From: Lytechinus pictus
Lineage: Eukaryota
Reading direction: 5' to 3'
Assembly (NCBI RefSeq): GCF_037042905.1
Contig: NC_087262.1
Location: 16,864,001 to 16,928,000 of the forward strand
DNA: 64,000 nucleotides
This document shows, in pieces, positions 1-13,000 of this stretch (the first letter of the stretch is position 1; each line of letters opens with the position of its first letter). The position numbers and the translations under genes are program-made. The notes beneath the pieces are model-generated. The model made no database searches, was not told where the DNA came from, and saw nothing but the letters and a program-made list of their open reading frames with translations.

Positions 1-150
1 TCATTCTTTATTAATGTGCACAAAGTCATATTGTAATAGAAGTTTCGCGCACACAATCATTTCACGACCGTGACGTGCACAATAATTATTATGTACATAT
101 TTACAGCAGTGTTACTCGTAGCTATCTCTCACAACTAAGTAGTACTCAGT

Positions 151-159
151 TTCGTTGAA
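151..159. promoter_or_regulatory. Candidate STAT/GAS-type motif TTCGTTGAA 37 nt upstream of the ATG (also 14032, 32736, 46113, 55106)
   Basis: Matches TTC-N3-GAA and overlaps AGTTTC; motif match only, transcription start unknown. Confidence 0.25.
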
Positions 160-187
160 ATAGTTTGACTGTAGAGTTTATGTAGCT

Positions 188-817
188 ATGGCTGAAAAGA
201 TTGAAATAGAGAAAGCCTCCAGTTCTTCACAGAACCTGGTATGTCCGCTATGTCTTGATATTTTTTATGAACCAACGATCCTGACGTGCGGACACACTTT
301 CTGTCGAAAGTGTCTCAAGAAATATGATCTGACCCACCAGGACATTGACCACATGGTCTGTCCTCTCTGTAGGGAGATCACCAAGTTGTCTTCCAACCGA
401 GTCGACGATCTCCAACTCAATGTCTCCATTAACGGATTCGTAGACGATTACCACGCCAAGTGTGGAGGGATGAATTCTGTTCTTGAAATGAACCATAAAT
501 GCACAGCTTGCAAGTTTCAGCAAGACGCTGTCTCCTTCTGCAGAACATGTAATAACTACATATGTGATAAATGTTTACAATCTCACCAGTGTATGACAAT
601 GTTTGAAGATCACGAGATTGTCTCCATGGAGGATGTCATCGAAGGGAAGGTCAGCATTGGTCATCAATTTGAGAAATGCTCCATCCACAAACAAGAGAAC
701 AAAGATATGTTTTGTGATGATTGTAAGGTCAGTGTCTGTCTCAGGTGCGTGGTCGTTGGTCACAAGGTCCATAACATCAAGAACCAGTCGGACTTCGAGC
801 AGGAGTTGAGGCGAAAG
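188..817 (+). CDS. TRIM paralog 1, coding exon A (RING-HC, B-box1, B-box2). Joins 2146..3411 to give a 631-aa TRIM E3 ligase with an NHL-like propeller (TRIM56/TRIM2/3-like architecture)
   Basis: ATG at 188. RING: CPLC-x11-CGHTFCRKC-x15-CPLC. B-box1: CTAC..CRTC..CDKC..H..H. B-box2: CSIH..CDDC..CLRC..H..H. Donor AAG|GTAATG at 817/818, phase 0, conserved in all six copies; paralog similarity drops just after it. Confidence 0.93.
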
Positions 818-2145
818 GTAATGGTCATTTGAGATTTAGGGGTATCAAGTAGAAAACAATATCTTAAAGAAGATGCTGATGAAGATTGTGCCGCTGAAGG
901 AGAAGAAGATGATGATACTAGCTATTATTTTATTAATACCCCTGACTTCCTCGTCCTCCCCCTCAGTATAGAGACGCAGAACCAGTTGGGGTATACTTTT
1001 AAGCCTCCGATCTTTTTTTTTCAGTAAATGTGTACAAAAAATAAATGACAATATTATTGTGAAATGTTACATGCCCCCCCCCCCTTCTTGGATCAGCCCC
1101 CGCTCTCAAAACAATGCCACGACCCCAGTACCGTGTGAGTAAAAAAAAATGACACCTCATATTTTAACGAAAATATTATGCCATTTGCATAATCATATAT
1201 GGCCTGAAAGAATATTTTCTCCCAAATAACTTAATACGTTATTTATGTGGACTGTGTTCACGCTTGAATGATCAAGATATATTCTTTTATTCTTATTTGT
1301 ATTGATGTAAATTTTGATTTGCGCTAAAGCAAGACATGGCTGCAATAAATTACTCCATATGTCAGTGATGTCATAATATATACAAGAGTTCCATCAAAAT
1401 CCATTTCAGAATACGTTATCGATAATTTGCATTTATTGTTTAATAACGACTTTTAAGTATTAATTCTCAAGTTGATTTCATTGAAGGGATTTGCAAATTA
1501 ATATGTTTACTAATTCATGATCTGATGATGGATTATGAATGACATCATTGGCATACGGATTCGTTCATGGCAGTAATGCCAAACTTTCGCGCAAATCAAG
1601 ATTTGCATCACTGCAAAGAATACCAACTGTATCTAAGCGTGAAGACATACCACATAAATATGGAATTAAATTAAATCAAGATTTCCCTTAAAATGGGGAC
1701 TTATGAGGTGTCAAGTTTTTATTCACACGGTATATGGCTAATTGTGATATCAATGTTAATAATAACAATGAAAAATTGATGATGATAATTATAAATAATA
1801 ATGATATTGATAACAATAGTAATACTGATACTATTGTTAATTTTGACAAAATCTAAATTAATTCTAATAATAATAATAAAAAACTATCATTAATACATAT
1901 AATATAGCAGTAATAATACGACTACTCATATAATGGTAATAACTGTCACTCATATCATTCGTTGCCTCCCCTACCCCCCCCCCCTCCTCATCCAGAATAG
2001 AGATTAAAAAATATTGATGTTACAACTTCCCGGGTGTATTATGTTAAACTTTATAATGGTTACATTCATTCAAAATTCTTCTAAACATTGTTTACGTGAA
2101 TGATTATTTTACAGCAAACGGTTACTATTTTTTTTTCTCTCTTAG

Positions 2146-3411
2146 GTGACAGACCTTGCCCAGCAATGTGCAGCTAAGAAAGCAGAACTGGAGAAGAACA
2201 TTCAGAATATAGAATTACAACGTCATGAGGTACACACTGCCATGCAGAAACTACTAGATGATGTCAGCCAGGCTTACAGCATCAAGGTCAAAGAGCTGGA
2301 AGGAAATCTTCAAGATCTCATCGAGCAAATAAATGAACTAAAGCGAAGTTTCGAGGATGATCTCAACATCCTAAAGTCCAAGGAACGACAGAGGATCAAA
2401 AGCATTTGTAGTTCGGTTACATTGGTAGATAATGACAGACTGGGTCATCTTGAGACAGATAGTCTGTCCGCTCATAATTTGCTTTGTAATGAGCTAGAAG
2501 CTATGCTGAAAGAGGTTACCGATCGCACTACTGCGGAAGTTATTACAAAGAAAGCACAGGAGAAGAGTTTTAATCCTGGAGATAAATCTTGTCTTGACCT
2601 CGGGCGCATTTCAGGATCAGATCCCAAGTTAGAAACCATGAAGTGTATAGATCTACGAGAGCGGATGGTTGGAATGACAGCTTACACTCGTACCAGTGTG
2701 GCCATCGTATATGGGAATAATGCACGAGGTATTGATATCATTGATACTGCTGGTGGAACGGAGCAGTATACAAACATACCACATAACGTGCATGGTTATG
2801 TCGGTATTGTGATTCAGCGAGACGGTGTATTATGTGTCTCAACTGGTTGTACAGAAGCACACATGTATTCTACCAATGGCTCCAGGAAAGCAACAATCGA
2901 AGTGAATGTGGCTTGTTTTTATATCACACTGAACAGAAGTCCATCAAATGAGATCATCATTGCTAACGGTGCCAACAAAGTCTACATCTATGACCCGACT
3001 GGATCCACTCTCAAACACACTGTTCCAACAAAGCACAAGACATGGCAGGTATCATCCACCAGGTCTGGTTTGATCATCACCAGTTCTTGTCATCTCACCA
3101 ATCCAAGCGTGGTGACGGTCTATGACAGGGATGGGAATGCTGGTGAGTCTCTGCAAGCTCCAAAGGATGTCAACCTGTATGCTACCGTGGATGAGCAGGA
3201 CAGGGTGTATGTAGCGAGTGTTGATTATAAGAATAAGAAGGTGGTGATCAGGCTCTATGATCTTGATGGTCTGAACCTGAAGGAAAGAGTTGAGTTTAAT
3301 GCACTTGACATGACATTGGGTGATAATTGGTGTTACTTGGTGTCCCTCTCTCCGGACCTACTCGCCTTTGCTTGTATGAAGAAGTTATATTTCATCAAGG
3401 TATCGCTGTAA
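2146..3411 (+). CDS. TRIM paralog 1, coding exon B (coiled coil + NHL-like beta-propeller)
   Basis: Polypyrimidine tract and TTAG|GTG acceptor at 2145/2146. 421 open codons. Heptad-rich N-terminal half followed by repeating beta-strand blades (VYIYDPTG, VTVYDRDG, RLYDLDG). TAA stop. Confidence 0.92.
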   Translation: MTDLAQQCAAKKAELEKNIQNIELQRHEVHTAMQKLLDDVSQAYSIKVKELEGNLQDLIEQINELKRSFEDDLNILKSKERQRIKSICSSVTLVDNDRLGHLETDSLSAHNLLCNELEAMLKEVTDRTTAEVITKKAQEKSFNPGDKSCLDLGRISGSDPKLETMKCIDLRERMVGMTAYTRTSVAIVYGNNARGIDIIDTAGGTEQYTNIPHNVHGYVGIVIQRDGVLCVSTGCTEAHMYSTNGSRKATIEVNVACFYITLNRSPSNEIIIANGANKVYIYDPTGSTLKHTVPTKHKTWQVSSTRSGLIITSSCHLTNPSVVTVYDRDGNAGESLQAPKDVNLYATVDEQDRVYVASVDYKNKKVVIRLYDLDGLNLKERVEFNALDMTLGDNWCYLVSLSPDLLAFACMKKLYFIKVSL

Positions 3412-6400
3412 TAAAGAGTATACATGAACTATTGACTTTTATGAGATTATTTATAGTGTATCTGAAATGAGAATCCAATATGTTTGTAAACACCTTTCTG
3501 AATTTGTTTACATTTTGTGGTGTGTATATACACATAAATCTTAACACGAATCGAAGAACGTTCATACACATAAAATAATTTAATGAATGTAACTCGAGTA
3601 TCAAAAGACCATTATTTTTAATTATTTCGTGAATCTGAATTAACCACACAGTAAAAAAAAAACACGTTGTTTAAGCCTGTCACTCTAATAACAAGTTGTT
3701 TCACTTTCTTTGTAATTGTTTAAACATTTAAAAAAACTAGTTTTTAAGTTGTTTTTTAAAATAAACAGATGTTTAAAGGGTTTAACAGTAGTCGTTAGAG
3801 TGTCGGGCTTAAACAACGTGCTTGAAATCGTAAATAGCGTTTTTACAGTGTATTGCTGGTGTTGTCATTCAACTCGTGTAATTAACATGATTAAGCCAGC
3901 GTTTAATATTTTGGGGTCTCTGTTATAGAGAATTCGATGAAAGGCTAATGTATTAAACGAACTTTATATTTTGTGAGTTATAAGATTTGCTTTTGGAAAT
4001 TGTGTACAATCGATTTGCTGTTTTGTTGCAAGCCAGTCTATATTATTTGTGGATATACGTAAATATGATCTCGAAATTTTAGATTTTTTCTGTCCAGTGT
4101 TATGATGTGAAAATTAAAGGCCTAATAATTACGGATATCAGCTGAATTCTTTCCTATTCGACGATAAACCCATTAATCTGAATAGGCCTTAAGTTCTTCT
4201 TGTGTGGAATGTATAGTCCCCACAAACCACTTGATTTATTAATATTTTCATTTTATGAAATGTCCATAATTACAGGAATATTAATTTTGTATCAAAACAC
4301 CTCGCTGAATGATTAATGTTTATAATCAGTCACTACAAATACAAACTACGATATTAAAATATTTCAATTTCACGAGGGCATCCATAGACATGTTTTTATA
4401 TCAAAGAACTTGTTATTCTTTTTTTTTACTAGAAATTTTTTGCCTTTATTCAGAATACAACACATCATAGTATAAGTAGATAAGAACTTATATTTTCTTG
4501 CATTGCACATTGGCATACGTTCTTTTTCACAAAATTTAGGTTAGCTTAATAAATGACTATATTTCCATGAAATATAATAATCAAAACAATGAATCATAAT
4601 AAAGAAATGATACTTTGAACATTATAGAAATCAATATAAATCATGATAATTTGAATAAGGAACTTCTTATGAGAAAAGATGAATGGTTTACATTAAGCCA
4701 ATATGACACGGTGTATTTTATTACAATTTATCAATATAAGAATGATTATACAACATGAATATCGGACTATGTGTTTATAAATTGCCGTTTGTTTTATAAT
4801 GCCCTCTTTCGAGAGGATAATGACATGCTCTTCAAACAACATGGAAAGGTATCTATTGGAAACTGATTCTATCCAAAGATTATACAATGAATAATTTTCT
4901 GGAAAAAAATATATTATCATATTCACCGCTTTAGAAAATGTTGGACAGAAACAACACAAATACACATAGATACGCTTGTCCACCCCCCCCCCCCAAAAAA
5001 AAAAGGAAGTGATTGGTCTCTTTATTGTTTTTGTTTCTTAGATTTGACATTAATCTCTTAAAAGTGACAGAATGACGATTAGTACTGTAAATTATTTAAT
5101 ATAAGATAATACTGATAATTGTGACATCCTATAAGGTCTTACACTCTAATAATGAAACATTGAAAGGTTATTGAAATATGTTGATTCAGTATCTATATAT
5201 TCTATTTTCTAATTGAATTACTTGCGTGAAATTGCATAGATATAATGTGTATATGAATAATATTGAAATTTATATTGTTATTACATTCTCTATATCATAG
5301 TGTGCATAATGTATGTAAGGAAATGTTTACCATAGAATATAAATTTTACACTTTTTAAAGTTTTGATTTGACCCATATTTGTTTCTAATACCTCTATATT
5401 ATCTGGATCTCATACATATCAAATTAAGTTTAAAATGCTATTTCTATATGAATTATTATTGTATAATATTAAATGTATGAATGTGTTTTTATTATTGATA
5501 TTGATTGGTCAGTTCATTTAGCGATTGATCGCTAATCTTTGTGTTACGGAGCCCTGGTCTGGGAGGAAGGCCTTTGGGTGGTAGTAATTTATTTTAGGTT
5601 TTCCTTTCCTAGGCAACCCATGGGTCCCGTAACACAAAGATAAGTGATTAATTGCATATTTGATTTTTACGATTAATTGTATATTGTAGTCAATGCAATC
5701 AATCGTAGAATAATGTTCTACAATAATTGCTAAGCTCTGTCTTACGGGCCCATGGAGATGAATTGGTAAACATCCTCGTCTCTTTTGTTTTTGTATTTGT
5801 GTTCTCTTTGAAAATTTCATTTTGTTGATATACTGAACAAAAATAATAATAACAATGTATATACATGTAGAGGACTCCTCGCACGGATTAAAAAAAGTTG
5901 TACATGCATGGATTTTGAAGTTCAAACTTGTATGACTATTGACACTAAAAAAAGGGGATACCAAAAAAAAGGGGGTACTTTAAATGTTTCGTTGATAGAA
6001 AAACAATAACCGTCCCCATACAAATATCATTGATGTCTTCGGTTCGGTAAATAAATTAATTTGTTCTCTTCGTGAATATTTAGGTTTTTGTCGTTTGGAA
6101 ATTTATACACATGGATTTCTGGCAAGATAGACTATGGTCTTACCACATAGTAAGGGGGATTTTAAGTGAATGAATAAAAAAGATGTATAGTTTCATAATA
6201 TGATTTCTAAATATGTTTGTTCAGCTATTCGCTGCCTGCACTGGCATAATGTTTCTCTTCCGCGAATATCATATTTTCATATTTTATTTTGTACTCCATT
6301 TTCAACTTTAGATATTTTCATTTTATAGTGTTATTCTTTTAGTAGGTGTCGTCTTTCGTCTCTATCCGTTATTGTAGCCTGATTTTGTAAAATGCATATA

Positions 6401-7454
6401 TCCAAACTAAGTCACAAGTTTTGTCTCTCATACAAGCATGAGATATTTCTTAACAAGCCCATCCGTTCCATTTCATTTATTTTTTTACCAAAAGTCACTT
6501 TTATTCACCTCAATATCCTTTCATCCGAGTTTTTTTTCTATATTATGTACATTATAATTGGAATTGAACTCGTTGTGATATTTATGTACAATGTATTTTT
6601 GGTATGAAAGTACTTTAATGCATTTTAAGAACGAATAATTAATAAATCTTAAATATGATCAAATACCTTCTCACAAACGAATTTCATTTCTAGTAAATCC
6701 GTCGATTTAAAGAAAGAGAGAACGGTGTATCAAACCAGGGTGCAATTCGTTTTACCCACTGTTCTCTCATGTTTGAATTATAATACCAATATTTTGCGCC
6801 AATTTATTGGTGTTTGTTATAATTTGGACTTAATGAATGTTAACAATTCAGTTTGACAAATGGAACGGAAACTGTTTGCGTCATCAAAATTGCCTTCACT
6901 CTGAGAGTATAGATAATTTTGCACAATTACAATTATTTTATATGTTTCACATAACATATATAGTATATCATTTCATGTTTTTAACGACATATCTATCGAG
7001 TTTATGTCATCTCTTCATAATACGCTGACTGATTTCCATCTGTGAAATACGAAGAATTATTTCACCCACTATTATAGCCTATTATGGTGTAGCCAATAAA
7101 AACTAACGCTGTAAATATTCAAATCATAATAGAAGCGAATAATTTCATTATCATGTGAGTGAGGGGAGGAATTGACAGACAAAGTGTTGGCCCTACTATA
7201 GAATGACATAATAAAATTCGACATTTAAGATTTCTAAACTAACTGATTATTTCCATTGATTATTAATGATAATAATAATCAAGGGCGGCGCCATGATATT
7301 TTGATCGGGGGGGGGGGGGCACCGATAGATAGAATTTGATGGATGTTTTACAGGTACATGGTCCAGACCTCTCCATTTTAATTTTTCCCTCAATTCTTTC
7401 CTTTCCTTCATTTTTTTCTCCTCTTTTGTCACTACGCACAAAATCGTAGGGAGC

Positions 7455-8760
7455 GGTAGCCCCTTCCCTTTTCTCGATAAATAAATATAGGCAAAATTTT
7501 AATACCATTTGTTCTAGGAATGGTAAGAGAAATGGAGATTGGAAGAAAGAAGGGAGGGGGGCAGGAGGGGTAGAGGTTGGGAACTAAAGGGGATGCGAAC
7601 GGTAGCCCCTTCCCTTTTCTCGATAAATAAATATAGGCAAAATTTTAATACCATTTGTTCTAGGAAGAGTAAGAGAAATGGAGATTGGAAGAAAGAAGGG
7701 AGGGGGGCAGGAGGGGTAGAGGTTGGGAACTAAAGGGGATGCGAACGGTAGCCCCTTCCCTTTTCTCGATAAATAAATATAGGCAAAATTTTAATACCAT
7801 TTGTTCTAGGAAGAGTAAGAGAAATGGAGATTGGAAGAAAGAAGGGAGGGGGGCAGGAGGGGTAGAGGTTGGGAACTAAAGGGGATGCGAACGGTAACCC
7901 CTTCCCTTTTCTCGATAAATAAATATAGGCAAAATTTTAATACCATTTGTTCTAGGAAGAGTAAGAGAAATGGAGAGTGGAAGAAAGAAGGGAGGGGGGC
8001 AGGAGGGGTAGTGGTTGGGAACTAAAGGGGATGCGAACGGTAACCCCTTCCCTTTTCTCGATAAATAAATATAGGCAAAATTTTAATACCATTTGTTCTA
8101 GGAAGAGTAAGAGAAATGGAGATTGGAAGAAAGAAGGGAGGGGGCAGGAGGGGTAGAGGTTGGGAACTAAAGGGGATGCGAACGGTAGCCCCTTCCCTTT
8201 TCTCGATAAATGAATATAGGCAAAATTTTAATCCCATTTGTTCTAGGAAGAGTAAGAGAAATGGAGATTGGAAGAAAGAAGGGAGGGGGCAGGAGGGGTA
8301 GAGGTTGGGAACTAAAGGGGATGCGAACGGTAGCCCCTTCCCTTTTCTCGATAAATAAATATAGGCAAAATTTTAATACCATTTGTTCTAGGAAGAGTAA
8401 GAGAAATGGAGATTGGAAGAAAGAAAGGAGGGGGCAGGAGGGGTAGAGGTTGGGAACTAAAGGGGATGCGAACGGTAGCCCCTTCCCTTTTCTCGATAAA
8501 TAAATATAGGCAAAATTTTAATACCATTTGTTCTAGGAAGAGTAAGAGAAATGGAGATTGGAAGAAAGAAAGGAGGGGGCAGGAGGGGTAGAGGTTGGGA
8601 ACTAAAGGGGATGCGAACGGTAGCCCCTTCCTTTTCTCGATAAATAAATATAGGCAAAATTTTAATACCATTTGTTCTAGGAAGAGTAAGAGAAATGGAG
8701 ATTGGAAGAAAGAAGGGAGGGGGGCAGGAGGGGTAGAGGTTTGGTACTAAAGGAGATGCG
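7455..8760. repeat. Tandem repeat, ~145-146-bp unit x ~9, purine/G-rich on the + strand
   Basis: GGTAGCCCCTTCCCTTTTCTCGATAAATAAATATAGGC... recurs at about 7455, 7601, 7747, 7892, 8039, 8184, 8329, 8475 and 8619. Confidence 0.95.
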
Positions 8761-9492
8761 GAAAAGGGCAAGATGTAAAAGGGAAATATAATAATGAATA
8801 GTAAATATAGAGAGGGAAAGAGGGAGGTAGAAAAGATGTAAGGTGAGGATAGAAAGAGAGATAGGGGGAAAGGAAACTCATGCCGTTTGAAAATACTTAG
8901 AATATCACATTACAAGACATAAGATAACAATGTTATTGTTATTCCGGATAAAATCTATAAGATCATGCTGCAGTATCAACGAAACCGACTCCAAACCGAC
9001 CCCTGATACAGTGTATACCATTCGAAAAAAAACCGGTCAGACAGCCTTGATGTCGGTTTTCTTTGTCATGCTACTGTCGTACCAACGAAACCGACTCCAA
9101 ACCGACTGATATGACACTGGGGGATACAAACCGTAATAGCCCTGACCGGTTTTAGGTCGGTTTCATCGATGTGACTGCAGCATGACAAAGAACTTTTAAA
9201 AAAAATCAATGTCCCAGTCACACTAACGAAACAATCCCCAAACCGATCGATGGAATGTCATTGTAAATAACGTATAGATTCAGTACATCTGGAGTCGATG
9301 TGACCGCGGCTAAGACTGTATAACACTGATCACTAGACTGAATGTATCCTCAGAAACATTAGAATTAAAGTGAAATATCCAGGATGCGCCCGTGATGATT
9401 GAAATAGTATCAAACTGAGCTAATAATCTCTTACACTGAGTCGATTGAGCCCGGTATAAGAACTCACAAATGTTGTTATCTCGCTCACTTAA

Positions 9493-10087
9493 AGGGGTAC
9501 TCCGTGCTGAAAATTTATCTTTTAAAAAAATAAATTCACAGAGCAAAATGCTGACAATTTCATCAAAATCCGATACAAAATAGCGAAGTTATTGAATTTT
9601 AAAGTTAAGCATCATTTTGTGAAAATAGATAAATGTACGTCATCATGAATATTCATTTATAGGTGGGTTGATGATGTCACATCCCCACTTTCCTATTTCT
9701 CATGTTATTACATGAAATCATATTTGCTTCATTTTTTCGTACACGTGTGAATATCGTGTCTCCTCTATGATGAAATAAGTTACAGCAATGAATATCCAAT
9801 GCACTAAATCAGTTATCAATCCAAATTGTTAAGTTCTTGGTAGAAAAAATGTTAATAAACCTAATTTCACATAATAAACTACAAAAGAACAAGTGGGGAT
9901 ATGACATCAATTTGCTCATTGAATATTCATGAAGACATGCCTGGAATTGTTTCACCTGAATAATGCAAATCTTTAAAATGACATAACTTTGTTATTCGTT
10001 CCGATTTCGATCAAATTTTCAGTGTTTTGTTTGTCTGATTTTTCTTTATCTGTTTAAATCATATTATTTTCAGCCCGGAGCATCCCT
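9493..10087. mobile_element. Non-autonomous DNA transposon, TTAA target duplication (Kolobok-like)
   Basis: TTAA|AGGGGTACTCCGTGCTGAAAAT ... ATTTTCAGCCCGGAGCATCCCT|TTAA; long imperfect inverted arms; no ORF. Confidence 0.75.
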
Positions 10088-13000
10088 TTAAGCTCAGGAT
10101 TTGAACAAAAGTAACAGTGTACCCAACGAGATTTTGAAAAAAAATTATGCTCCAGCTTCTCACTAAGTCGGTTTAAAGGGGCCCATTCCAGGCTGAAAGT
10201 AAAATGATTTGAATAGATCCCTTAAACCACGAAATGCCATAAAATTGAAGTTTAAACTCTAGACCTGTCGTGTTTTGTTAAAAGCGCTCCGATTTTTTTG
10301 TCATTCGTTAGGATATTTTTCTTTAGAAAATGTCTCTGTCGTTATATACTCCCATAGAGGCGTAACTTAATGAAAACATATAGTTCAGAGTCAGTAGTGC
10401 TAACCCATGTTTTGGATGGCGAAAGGGGGTAAAGACAATGTCCAAAATATTTCGGCGAGCTCTGCGCGCCAAATTATAATGCAGAATTTTGCACGTGATG
10501 CTCACCGAAAAGTTTAGTTTTTATATATTTAATAGTACATTTTCATGTCAAGTCTGATGGTTTTATAGCGGTTTAAGATGTTCGTCAAATACATTTTTGC
10601 AATGGATTCTTAACATTTTCAATCTGTCAAAATTATTGGGCAAGGCAAATCGATATGTTTGCCGCAAAACTATTCCTGCCTAACGAGTACTACACCCCCC
10701 CCCCCCCCCCATTATCGTTAAATGCCCTAATCTACATGTGTAAAACTAATCAGGCCCTGATCCATAATAATAGATGAACAATTCTCAAGCGTTTTGAAAA
10801 TGTGATTTTTAGCTCGGTCGCTACGCTCCCTCGCACGATATTAGTAATATTTTTTACAGGAGGGGGAATAGCTATTTGGTGTGTATAAGGCTATCCACAA
10901 TCGGTCATTTTCATTGTATTGAAAAAAAAACCAACGTCGAAAATTTGTCATGCCCCCAGAAGCCCCTCCCCAAAAAAACTTTTAATCTAGAACCGCGCCT
11001 GGTGCTGGGGGTCTTAAAGCACCCCCAAGATTTTCCTTGGGGGTGCATGCAGCGTGTATTATTCTCCATAATTTTATGTGGCACCCCTGGAAATCTGTTT
11101 GGTGTTAAAGAATGTCGAAATGTAACCAAAAGCACTGATATTTTGTAGTGCAATCCTTTATTTTTATTATTATTATCATCATCATTATTATTATTATCAT
11201 TATTATTTGGCTTGGCATTTATTCAAATTCAAATTCAAATTCATTTATTTCACTTCCATCAAACAAAAACAAATTGTATACCATATATAAACATAAATAT
11301 TTGTATCCGTTGCAAACAAAATTAATAATACATATGTAGTGAAAAAAAAAAAAAAAAAAAAAAAACACTTAAGACGATTTGGGCAACACATTGTAGGTTT
11401 TAAATATATATACTATTTTTCAATAGAAATTAAATTAATAAAATTAAATATATCTGTGCTCTGGACCAGAATTATCGTCATTTTGTAGTGAAACTCCTGT
11501 TGTTGGTTTTTTTTTGTTTTGTTTTTGCTTGTCAAATTTACATCAGCACCCCAGTAAAATAATTTTTTTCCAGAGAAAATTCGTCCGCCCAAAAATTTGA
11601 CAATCAAAAGAAAAGTGGCTCGTCAAGGGTCAGTTTTGACTCGTCAGCGGGGGGGGGGGGCAGGGATACGTTCCTTGCCTGTGTTGTGACTCGTCAGGGG
11701 GGCAATATACCCCCCCCCCCCCCTTAGGTACGCTAATGTTGCTTCGGTACTCTGGTGTCTAAAACATATCTACTGGTACCTTCGGTAAAGAGGAAGAGAG
11801 ACGTCTTGATTTTTACTTTTATCATGCTTCATCATCATCATCATCATCTGCTATAATCTTCAAAGGGCTCTGCAGCCTATCACGAAGATGAACTGAAACT
11901 TGGACGCACGTTATGAGGAGGAGTGAGGGATATTTTCAAGGTGATTTTGCAGCAGCTTTTGAAAGCTGTCAAGCGAGACTGCATTAACTATTTGGAGAGG
12001 GAGTTTAGGGTACTTTAAAAATAATGTAAAAGAAACGAGGAACCGGGATACTCAAAAGGCCCCAAAATCCCAAATCTGAAACCAAACCACTAAGAACTGA
12101 AGTTGCTTATGGAAAAGGATAATTAGGAGTTTAAGGACTAGATTGCATTCTGCAAATGGGGGTACGTTGGGAACTGGAATTTAACATGAAATGGGGGTCT
12201 TCAAGAACTTGCACTTGAAATTAGGGGCTTAGGGACGGGAAAGAACGAGTTGTGATCAATGAAAAGGGATGAAGAAGATATTCCTGGGAACTGATGACAT
12301 GGCGTGAAAATGTAATAAACACTTATTGTTCAAATGTAGTAACCAATTCAGCATTGTTCAGCTTTGTGCAAGGAATACTGAAATATCTGATTGTATTCGA
12401 AGGCATATGACATCAAGACAGTATAAGAAATGTTACCATCATTTCGAGAAATAGAGATATAGGAATGAAAGACAAATGACCGAAATGAATGATACAAACG
12501 GTCGAAATGATGAAAGCAGGTCTTGATAGGGGGGGTGCTATAATTCTTTTTTTTTTGGGGGGGGGGGCAAGTCAAAAATTTTCAACGAGGATTTTTTTTT
12601 CAGGAGGGAACAGGTGATTTTCTTTTGAGAATCCTGAAAGCGATGGATTGAAGTAACTGAGTAATTACTAGTGTAGAGGAACTTTTTGAGTTTGAATGGT
12701 AAAAAAGGGATTAAGTGGATTATTATTTTGGTAAATTTTGATCAGATTTACAGGGAAGTGTAAGTTTTCACAATTTTCCCCTCTAAAGGGGACGGGCAAT
12801 TGCCCATTTCTCATATAAAACTGAATTGCAGCCACTGAGGTGGCCCATGTTTGAAAAAATAAGGTCTAATACCTATTTTTGATACAAAATTTTAAAAAAG
12901 GCGTAACAACGTAATCTGTATTAAGGTTTATCTATTAGTTTCTTCTTCACGTTCGCCTAGCTCTTTCCTATATTTTTTCCTTCCCTTTTTAAGGAAGGAT

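Noticed and set aside
248-523. Antisense ORF conserved in every copy
   Set aside because: It is the shadow of the near-identical sense exon, with no independent coding evidence.
188-3411. Two separate genes per unit (214-aa RING protein + 421-aa protein), operon-like
   Set aside because: A conserved phase-0 GT donor and AG acceptor join them. The second ORF's 'start' is GTG immediately after AG, and the residues past the donor are not conserved.
7247-8771. Many repeated short ORFs on both strands
   Set aside because: These are by-products of the 145-146-bp tandem repeat; the unit length is not a consistent multiple of 3.
10330-11740. Possible hAT-like ends and a minus-strand LINE tail ((ATTCAA)n at 11221)
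   Set aside because: Too fragmentary to pair TIRs or TSDs confidently.
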